Part shown: positions 13,144 through 64,000 of the stretch, in pieces
Layout: the number at the start of each line of letters is the position of its first letter
Position numbering within the stretch: position 1 is the stretch's first letter
Translations under genes and position numbers: made by a program
Notes under the pieces: model-generated
What the model saw: only the letters and a program-made list of their open reading frames with translations
The model's database searches: none
What the model was told of the DNA's origin: nothing
NCBI GenBank assembly: GCA_965153285.1
Contig: OZ229110.1
DNA: 64,000 nucleotides
Source of the DNA: Podarcis tiliguerta
Taxonomy: Eukaryota
Reading direction: 5' to 3' (one strand)

Positions 13144-15589
13144 CATTTCATTGCTTTTCATTGCCTCTGCTCTATCCACACCTTCTTTTCCAAATGAAAG
13201 AATCTATGTAGTTCAATTGGAGCCTTTCCCCCCCCTTTTTTTTTAAAAAAAATCACTTCCCAATTTTAGATTGCCCTGTAGGTTCATACAAGTTAGGAGC
13301 TAACCGGCAGGTAATGTAGCAGATGGCACTGTCAGCCCAGCCTAGAATCTCAGAGGGCAAACGTGCTAATCTGTGGGTAGTGCTGGAATTCAAACCTCAG
13401 AGCCTGGAGCAGAACAAAGCCCCGTGTTGCTGCCTTAAAATGCACTAATAAAGAAATCAATGGAAAGGAAGAGACGTGAATGTAATAAACACAACACAGC
13501 AGCTCTGCGATCCCCTGCTTTGCTGATACATTTTAAGCACCATCACTAGGCCTCCATGTGAGCTATTACACCACTTCATTAATTCTCCTGGCATGTAGCC
13601 CAGCATGGCTGATACTGGTGCCTTGCGTTGTTGTATCTGGTAAGGGAGGAGTGAGGGATGCACAGTGTCATGCCACACAATTTCAAACATGGGAGGGGGA
13701 GTGAAGGATGGAGGGGAAGTCAGAATTCTGACCAGTCTTCTCCTAGGGCCCTTAGTTAAACCTGCATCAGAGCTTTTCACAGGAACAGTTTCGCCTATGC
13801 TTTGTCCTCAGTGTGGAGCCAGTGCTTGCAGACATCTTTTTTTTTCTTCAAGTGAATCCTGAAAGAGCCATTAAATCTTAACAGCTACATACTCCTGTGT
13901 GCTCAGAAGTTGATTTTCTAGCAGAGAGAGAGAGAGAGAAAGAGAGAAAGGAAATATGTGTTGGATAACAGTATGCGCTATTGATGGCCGCAAAAGGAAT
14001 CTCCAGTTAACTTTTATTTGGTGAACTGTAGGGATCAAATTGTGTTTGATGCTGCAGCGAAGCAGATATTCTGTACTGCTGGAGTGTAAAAGTTCAAGTG
14101 CTCTGTTAAAGACTTTTCTATACAGATCAAGCCTGTCCACCCCAGTGTCCTCTTAGGGAAAGATCCATTAGGTCATCCACCTCTGGCTGGCTTTAGAAAG
14201 GCTGCAGTATGTAGCCTTGAACATTACCTTTAGGCAGCTGCTGCTTTGTTTTTTGTTGTTGTGGGATTTATTTATTTATTTATTTACTTTTTTACATTCC
14301 ATCATTCAGTTATAGCTTTTTCTGGGATTTATTCATTAGATCAGCACAGATTGTTTGCTTCTAACGCTGATGTCTATAGATAAAAACATCCCTGGAGGAA
14401 ACGATAAAAAGTGCAGTCTTGATTGTTTTTTATATATCTTGGAGAACATTGAATAGGGAAGGTGGGGAGGAGAAGCAGGCTAGCGTTTTCGTTGACATCA
14501 TTTGCCACTGCCTGATTTGACTGCACATCAAGCCTTGATCGCAATAAATCCCTCATTTCTGGAACCCTCCGCTGCTCACATCTTCATAGGGAGGGCAGAA
14601 CAGTTTTAAACATGTGCACACACATACATGCAACTGAGGGGAATAATGTGCCACATTTGAGGTTTGTTGGGAGAATGGCAACCCCTGAAGCTCTGCTTAC
14701 TGTAGAAATCACACACCCGGGCAAGTTTCATGCTGATGAGCTGGTCCCTGAAGCACAGGGGTAATTCAGCAAGACTTTGCATTTCTCCAAGAGCCAGGGA
14801 GGCCCATGAGCAAACAGCAGAGAGTGGATGGAGCTGGGGAGTTGGCACGATGCAGCTTTTATTAGTTCAGATTTCTTCATTCTCTCGCTTGCCTTTACCT
14901 TCCAGGCAAAGAAAATTCAAGGCAATTAAATGCTGGGAAGGCTCTCCCATCTGTCCCAGAGCCACTTCTCCACCGCATGATGCTTTTATGATATTGCAGA
15001 TTGCTAGTTATAGCCCCCTGGTGCTTGACTGTCACCAGGGGGAAAGTCAGGATGGCTTTGTTATGATGAAGGTATCTGGCTGGGACACGGTAACTTTCTG
15101 TTTTGCCACAGACCCTGTGTTGACCTGGAATTAGCTGCAAGTCTCCAATGGTTTGACTTCACCCCCAAAGGTGTGCTCTTCCATTGCTTCCCGAGACAGA
15201 AGGATGCCAACAAAGCTGCAGTGGTACAGCTGGTGCAGTGATGGACGTTCTTTCCTTTCGTCCCCTGCTTTCCTTAGTTAGATCACAAGCCTCTTTGGAT
15301 CAGGTCCTAAGACATCTTCAAGAAATTTATAAATATTACCTAACATATGACTGTGGTTTAACTGTCCCCTTCCACACCCCCTCCAGACTCAGGAATTACT
15401 GTAATGTATTCATAACTGCATTTACTTGGGTCCTTTGGATGAGAAACATGACAGTTAAATATACTAGAAGCTGGGTTGAATGTGTAGCACATACATGCCT
15501 TAGGATCATATCTGCTCTCCTTGTTGTGGCTGTTGCACTTTTTTTTCATTCTTAAAGGGGCTTTGCTTGTTTGTATACATAGTTGCTCT

Positions 15590-15760
15590 GGAGCTACACA
15601 CAATACATTGAATGCATATTATTCTTTCCCCACCCCAAGAATCCTGGGAACTATAGTTTATCCCTCACATATTTAGTTTCTAGCACCCTTCACAAACTAC
15701 AGTTCTCAGGATTCTTTAGGGGAAATGATGTACTTTAAATGCTTGGTGTATTCGCAGCCT
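15590..15760. mobile_element. Palindromic MITE
   Basis: Inverted arms aagaatcctgggaactatagttt / aaactacagttctcaggattctt. Confidence 0.6.
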
Positions 15761-17199
15761 GTGTCTATGATATGTATCACTCTCTCTGCTGCAGACAGAC
15801 ACACAAATGCATATTCATGTAAGTGGGGACTGGACTCATTTTAATTTAAGCTAATTCAAGTCCTGGCTATATAATAAGTATATAAAGGTAACTGCCCTTG
15901 TAGAAGGAAAGGGGTTTTGCTTGGGGCTGTGGGATCTTAAAATGGCATGCAAAAGGTCTTCTAACATAAATGCATTGTGCAAATATATACCAAGTATCTC
16001 TAACCTCTCTTATGATATAATTAGTTATAATTTGGTTGTAAAATATATAAAATATAGAAAATTGATGCAACAAGGTCCCGTTAAAAGATTCTCTGGCCAT
16101 CAAGGCCTGAGATTAACCATCAACAGAGAAGCAAGGTGAGCTAGGAGCCTCAGCTGGACAGCTCTGTGAGGCAAACATTCTCTTTAAAAAGTAAAGACTT
16201 GAGCAGGAGAACTTCCCAGAGGCTTGTGCCTCATGTTAATTAGCATTAGAGGTGCTATTTCCCTTCCAATCGCCAACATTCCTTAGGCCTGGAAATTGTA
16301 GAGGTGGTTATTGAGGGTTTTGTCATTTTCTCACTTCCTTTTTGCTCATGTTAATCTCCTGGAAATTTAACTCCTCTCCCCCACTCCTTTTTTATTTTCA
16401 GTTTGCACAGTTACCACTTCTCCTTTTTTCTTATCATAGCTTGGGTGGGGGAATGAGTCCCCTGATATAAAGGAATTGCTGCGGGCAGCCAGGCTGATTG
16501 GGAAACAAGCTGTAGCACTAAGTCTCTGTGCTGCTTCACACAAAATCCCTCTGCTCAAAGTGAGCAGTAACTATGATGAAGTTGACACATCTATGTGGCT
16601 TGTTTCCACCCTAAACCAAATCCTCAAAGAAGCATTCTCTACAGAATAACAATTATAAAAATGGTGTGGCTGGTGAGAGGTCCTTTACTAACTGTTTTTG
16701 TGCAGCAGCGTTTTGCATCAGTGCCTCTGTAGGGAATCCTTGCCCTCATTCAGCAGACTACGAATATATGGGAGAGATGAAATGATTTGTTCCAGTTTTA
16801 TTCTGATACCGGTGGTGGTGTAGAACTGTACCAAAAGGGCTGCATCTGCACCACCTGGCGCCATTCCTCCCCTCTCCTGACATACTGTGAGCAGCTGGTA
16901 GACTCCCATGCATCATTCCAAGAGAGGCTTCTGATCAGGGCTCTGTTTCTGTGTGTTTTTGTAGGGAAGTCAGCACCTCAGAGGCAGACTCTTGATTTTT
17001 CAAAACTGCTGTTGTGTTCGCCTAAGTTCAGATCACTTCAGTAAAATTAAATTTGTTATCTAAAACTGTAGCTGCCTTTCCATCCATAGAACCACAGAGT
17101 TCTATGGTTGGAACTCTGTACTGACTCCCCACCGCACTCCCACTATATTCCTCATTATGTTCAAGAAGATTGCCTGCTCAAAGGAAACATGGAAACCTT

Positions 17200-17470
17200 A
17201 TTTAAGAACATAAGAACAGCCTGCTGGATCAGGCCAACAAATGGGGTCTCCATATAGAAAATCCACCGTGCAAGTTGCACACTCTTTGGTTTTCTTCTCT
17301 GATGGCTCTGTACCTGGATCCAGTATCCTATTCTCCCAGTGGCCAACCACTTGCCTGTGGGAAACCAGTGAACAGAACATGAAAGAGCACCCTCCCCTCG
17401 CATGATTTCCAGCTACCGGTATGGTATTCAGAAGCACTGCTGCTTCCGACTGTGGAGGTATAGCACACCG
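17200..17470 (-). mobile_element. CR1-tail SINE family copy (antisense), interrupted by about 80 bp of unrelated sequence
   Basis: taagaacataagaacagcctgctggatcaggccaa...cagtggccaaccac...gatttccagc is the reverse complement of the 7800/35690 family. Confidence 0.7.
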
Positions 17471-18366
17471 CCACTGGAGCTATTCTTCTGCTGCTCTTTT
17501 TCATGTGTGAATTGTAAATGTTCACAGAGCAGCAGAGGAATGTACTTGGAAAAGAAGGGGCACAGTAATCCAGATAGAAATGTACACTGGATGCTTACTT
17601 CTGTAGGCATCGTACCCAAGTCAAGATGTTCCTCTACTCCCAGGCATTTGATGGGGTGAGATGGTGGCTGTAATGATTTTCTCTTATGTTTTGTCTGCTG
17701 GGGTTATGTCACTTATTATTTTGTTGTATATTATTGCCTTGCTTTAATTTTTGTGTATTTTGATCTGCTGTAAGATGCCTTGAGACTTTATTTTTAGAAA
17801 GAAAGAAGCATTTCAGGAATTTTATAAATGAAACTAATAATAAACAAAACTAATAGGAAAAACAGAAATCATTGCCTGAATTGCAGCACCTTCAGTTCCC
17901 TACATTACAACTGTCCCTTTAGACATTTCCAAGCAGCCCTTTGCAGATCCAGAGGTCCTCTTTTTTATATATAGGTAAAGGCCCTGACAATTAAGTACAT
18001 TGAAGATACATGTTTGCAACTGGAAGGTGTGCTTCAGATTTATCAATAAGTTCTGCATTGTTGTATTTTGGTAGGGTCTCTCCAATTTTTAAATGATCGT
18101 ATGTTTTGTTTTGTATTTCACCTACCCATCCACCCACATTTACTGTAAGCCATGCAGAGAATTTTATGTTATGGGGTGGCAAGACCACCTATTTAGTACT
18201 GCTGGTTTCCCATGTTGACATTTCTTGGACTTCTGAGATGATTCTGTGCAGGTGATCCCATAATAATGTGTGAACCAGATCTAAAATGCTTATTTCCTGA
18301 ACCCAAAAACTTGCATGTTCCAACTCAGTCTCATGTCCATTAAGTCCTGCTGCTGCTTTTTCTACA

Positions 18367-19098
18367 TGGTGCTTAGAGAATAACTTGCACCTAAATATTA
18401 GTAAGACAAAGGAGATGGTGTTGGACTTCTGGAAGAAGAGAGGGGAACCTGCCCCATTGTATATTGGGGGGGGGGGGCTGTGTGGAGAGAGTCTCCTCCT
18501 TTAAATTCCTGGGAGTTTACCTTAGTGAGGACTTCACTTGGAAAATCAACATAACTCAGGTGGTCAGAAAGGCCCAACAGAGACTCCATTTCCTCAGGGT
18601 CTTGCGAAAGAATAATGTTAAACAACAATTGACGAACTCCTTTTACCGGTCCACAATAGAAAGTGTCCTTTCATATTGTTTCACAGTGTGGTATGCTGGC
18701 TTGATAGCCACAGACAGAAAGTCTCTACAGTGGGTGGTGAACACAGCACATGATATCATGGGCTGTCCCTTGAGTCCGCTAGATGACATCACAAGGGATC
18801 ATTGCCTTAGGAGAGCGAGGAAAAATTATCAGGGATGACTCACACCCCAGCCACCACCTCTTTAATCTTCTACTCTCGCGCAGGAGATATAGAAGTATAA
18901 TCAGCCATACCAACAGGCTAAAAAATAGCTTCTATCCGTGGGCTGTTAGGCTGTTGAACGGAAAATAACATAGCGCAATTGACTTGCAAGATTGTGTGTT
19001 GTTCGATAAGCACACAGAGTGCAACGAGACTGAGTGTTTGGGGAAGAGGGAGGCTCATTTAATATCATTGTACACAGGTTGTACAATGACAATAAACA

Positions 19099-19140
<42 letters not shown>
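18367..19140 (+). mobile_element. Rex1/Babar-clade LINE, 5'-truncated 3' fragment with (TTA)n tail
   Basis: WCLENNLHLNISKTKEMVLDF...VERVSSFKFLGVYLSEDFTW...KAQQRLHFLRVLRK...FYRSTIESVLSYCFTVWY...IIRDDSHPSHHLFNLL...TNRLKNSFYPWAVRLLN across frameshifts; AATAAA then (TTA)n at about 19099-19140. Confidence 0.85.
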
Positions 19141-19142
<2 letters not shown>

Positions 19143-22100
19143 TGTGGACATGGGGGTTTGGAAGGCATAGTTTACAGCAGAGAAGCTTTAAGCAGTAGGA
19201 AGCTGCTTAATCTGTCCCCAGCCTGCCAGTTTTCCTCAGCTGTGCTCTCTACCAGCTACTTTTCTGACCCGTGCTTGGTATGCAGTTCCACCCTGAGAGT
19301 TACAGAATGGGACTGTGCCACCAAATCGTTATGCTTCATTCTCAAGCCAAGGCCTGCAGAATGGCATTTCAGAGTCCCATTGCTGTCTACGGTGTTTGCA
19401 ACTGAGGGAAGACAACCTCCATCTCCCTGCAAAGAAAAAGAAAAACCCCAGAAAACAAGAAACGTTCCTAATCCTCATGCCTCTTCCAATGTACCACAAC
19501 AGAGGCTGCTGGCGAAAACTGCTTCTTGATCTTGCTGAATGATATTGTTATTGAAGACGCTGTGCAGATTGTAGCGTTACTGCCTGGAGATGCAGCAGAA
19601 AAGACGAGGATATGCCTAGGGGGAAGAGGCAGGGATAAAGTTGCTTAGATGCACATGCACTGAATAATTAGTGATAAGAGCCAAAGAAATATTCATGACT
19701 TTGTAGGAAGATAAATAGATTTTTGATTAAATTTGGATTTTCTTTTCTAAAGCAGTCAAAGCTGTTTGGTGATTGGCAGCATGGAAACGATTTTTCTGTG
19801 CATCCTAGTTGGCCTGAGGAACCCGTTTAGAGCTGTGAGCCAAGATAAAGCTGGAGATATACAGTTGCTGTGAATTGGCAGGAAATTTAGAGTGGATATG
19901 CCAAGAGCTCATGTTGCTGTCACAGCAGTTGAGGTGCAGCTGTTGAGTGGTCAGGTTAGCCTGATTTCTCTTTCCTATTTCTCCCTGACCCCCTGTTTCA
20001 TCTGTATATAACATTAGCCACAGCATTTCTTTACTTCACCAGCAATTGAAAACACAAAACCCTTACTTTATTCTGTGTGGTTTAATGACCTTTTTAAACC
20101 ACACCTAGAAGATCTAATGACTGGGATCATACCCTTGGTTGAAAGTAATTGATTGCATGCTCCAGCAGGGACAATCCTTGCAGTGGGAGAAAGAATCCAT
20201 TCATAGTACCATACTAGGTTGGTGGAGCTCAGGCCAGACACAGTGGTTTTGTCGTTGGGGCCCAAAGTAAGAATCATGCAATAATACAATAATACCTGAT
20301 TGCTTTTGAATATGAGGAATACATTGGCTGTGATGTGCAAGACCCATGAACTGGATCGCCCGTGTCTTTTCTTTTCTAAAAGCTGTGGCAAGGGACAATT
20401 TGAATTAGAGCTGCGACCCTGATGGAGGGGAACTCTTCCCCTCATTTCCCTGTCTTAAATTGATTTCTCCTAAAGGGAATGTTGTTCCCATGGGGGAGAA
20501 ATATAAAGGTACCATATTTCCCCTTCTTCAGTGCTACAGTCCCAATCCAAAATCACACACACACATTATGAGCAATTTGATTTTTTAAAAGTAGTTGCGA
20601 TCTCTTGTATCTAATTTGGTCCAAACACTCAGTGCCCTATATTTCTGTCCACACATCCTTTTGCCTGTATGAAATAGGAAGTTTCAGATAATTTGAATGT
20701 GTTTGTGTTGTTACTATGAAGTGAAGCCCTTCCTTTGGGACATCTCTTCCATAATAGTGATAGGAGGCATTTATGCTATACCAATAACATTCCAGTGAAT
20801 TTGTGCAAGGATGTGGCACAGAGATACAAGCATAATGGTCTGAAGCTGGCATTATGCACTGTGTTATTATTTCATCCCATAAGAATATATGCACAGTAAT
20901 CACTTCCTGGTAATCTGCCATGTGATGGTAAAAAGAAAAAGTCTTGTTTGAAATCTGCATACATTATTAGAATTGTTTGGATCTCTCTTGCTTTGTCAGG
21001 CTGCTTCTAATGAAGGCTATAAAGCAAATGGCTACTGCTATATAATTTCCAGGATGCAAAATTATTACGTGGCAGGTTGGAATGAATAATTGATTTCAGG
21101 GAACTGTTTCTCAATTAGTTGCCAGGCAGGGAGCACAGCAGCAGACAGTGGTCTGAGCACATGTTATGTTGGTGGGGGTTGCTGCTGCTGCTGTCCAATT
21201 TTTCCCCCTCACTGCTTTGATGGGCCATATGTAGAAATCATGGATCAGCAAGCTCTTTTGACCAGTAAAAACTGGAAGAGCAGAAGAAATAGGCTTAATG
21301 ATGGCTACGCAATACAATTCAAGAGCACAGCTATGTATTATTTAGAGCAAAATATTCTCCAGCTTCCTCTTGGTGAAGAAGAAATTCTTTTAAGGCACTC
21401 TGAAGATAAGAAGCATAAAGGAAAGTGTATTGGTTAATGCATACAACAGTGCCATGCTTTGCTTCTGTATCAATCAAACACGTGGCCCAAAGGGAGGCAA
21501 ATACTTTGGGCAGACAGGCAGATAATAGACAGGAATACAGGAGGTAGACTGAAGCAAAGCAAGCCTAAGATCATTAATATACTAGCTAGGTCCTGATGGA
21601 AAATCTGCTTGCTTCTCTCAGATATGCAGTGCCCAGACTAAAGGAAAACAGCAGATATGTCAGCTTTATAATAGCCCTTTGGTGTGTTTCTGGCTCCCTG
21701 GAGCCAGGATGGTTTGGGGCTGTTCTACAAGTGCCTCAACGTGAACTACCTGTAGCTCCCTCCTTCAGCCAGAGTCCCCAGTAAAACAGGAAGCTAGTGC
21801 TTAATCTGCAGGGCTCCCAGTCTAAGCACCACAGTACCCAACAGTGTCATCTCATGCCATAATATTTTAAGTGGAGGCATTTGAGGGATTTGCTGATGAC
21901 AGATTTAGGGACTTGTTAATTTGGATGTGCTCCTAGCTTGTTTTATGAGCAGAAATGAAATCTATTGTCAGAATAGTGAGGTATAATGACTTTTGGTTGA
22001 TACTGACCTGTCTTTTGGCTATCGTGCTTTTCGGATATATAAATTTTGCCCATTTATTTTAGTACTTCACTGTACTATTAATATTGTTATGGCCAAAGGC

Positions 22101-22319
22101 CTTCTATAATAAATGTGTATTAATTCAGCCATTCATTCATATTCAGCTGTGAGTCACTGGCTGACGACATCTGCCAGTTTTAAATGGTTAGTGACAACTT
22201 TCCTGTTCTTTCAGCCTATTTTTAATAATCTTACAGCAGCTGGGACAACTTTAGAATTTCCCTGATACTGCTTGAATGGTAGGTAGAGCTGGCTCTGAAA
22301 GCCCATACTTTCAACTACA

Positions 22320-22800
22320 ACTACAACTAATCCAGAATGTGGCTGCCACACTGGTGACTGGGAGCAGCTGCTGGGATCATATGACACTGGTCCTAAAGCA
22401 TCTACATTGGCTCCTAGTACATTTCTGAGCACAATTCAAAGTGTTGGTGCTGACCTTTGAAGCCCTAAATGCCCTTAGCCCTGTATAGCTGAAGGAGCTT
22501 CTCCATCCCCATCGTTTAGCCCAGACACTGAGGTCCAGCTCCGAGGGCCTTCTAGTGGTTCCCTCAGTACAAGAAGTGAGGCTACAGGGAACCAAGCAGA
22601 GGGCCTTCTCAGCAGTGGCGCCCTCCCTGTGGAATGCCCTCCCATCAGATGTCAAGGAGATAAAGAACTACTGTACACCACTTTTAGAGGACATCTGAAG
22701 TCAGCCCTGTATCGGGAGGTTTTTATTGTTTGACATTTTATTGTTTTTATATGTGTTGGAAGCCATATTGTTTTTATTATTATTCACATAATAAATAAAA
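22320..22800 (+). mobile_element. L2 LINE 3' fragment
   Basis: Homologous to 34349-34930 (ctacaactaatccagaatg...acaattcaaagtgttggtgctgacctttg...ccatcagatgtcaagga); ends about 50 nt before exon 6. Confidence 0.85.
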
Positions 22801-22847
22801 ACAAGGAGGAATTCAGTACTCACTGGATCATGGTTTTTTTCTTCCAG

Positions 22848-63658
<40,811 letters not shown>

Positions 63659-64000
63659 GTAAGTAGCTCACTACAGTACTATTAGTATCAGCACCGATTT
63701 GTTTCCTGTGTACTTGACAATAGATCAGAGTGGGACAGAATGTTCTTTATCTAGCACTCCTAACAAGTGAATTCATACCACTCTGGTTGCAGCAGGTCAC
63801 AAACAAGGTGTCAGGGCAGTTAATATACACCCTCAAGGGTAGTGCTAGGTTAAGGGATACATTTAGGACAAGGGTAGCTAGCGCATAGGACTCATACAAC
63901 TCCCCAAGAGGAGTTTTTGGACACCCAAAATTTGTCATTTAAAAAAATAAAATAAACAGTGGGTTTTTTTGGTTTTTAATTACTGTTCTTGTGAATCTCC

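Noticed and set aside
16460-16505. TATA-like and CCAAT-like motifs
   Set aside because: Order and orientation do not fit a plus-strand promoter; no CpG island.

Overview
Vertebrate genomic DNA, most likely a lacertid-type lizard (inferred from Sauria SINE, BovB, squamate L2 and hAT-MITE content). The whole window lies inside the neuronal AMPK-family kinase gene BRSK2 (SAD-A) on the + strand. Ten constitutive coding exons, equivalent to human exons 6-15, can be read directly with GT-AG sites and consistent phases. They run from the kinase activation segment (SPHYACPEVIR) through the UBA domain to the Pro/Ser-rich linker. I found no coding exon in the first 22.8 kb, so that part is interpreted as intron 5. 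The most interesting structure is a concentration of alternative-splicing signals in the linker between the UBA domain and the C-terminal autoinhibitory/KA1 region. It includes a 66-nt cassette exon (42708-42773) and a candidate 24-nt neural-type microexon (50662-50685). It also includes an upstream acceptor that adds 135 in-frame Pro-rich residues to exon 14 (59594-59998), preceded by a 230-nt AG-free zone with a distant branch point and two RBFOX motifs. Introns hold LINE fragments (L2, L1, Rex1/Babar, BovB), SINEs and MITEs, several with readable target-site duplications. One MITE sits 51 nt upstream of exon 8. Almost all ORFs in the six-frame track are spurious. Repeat boundaries without TSDs are approximate, and repeat family names come from recognition rather than a database search.
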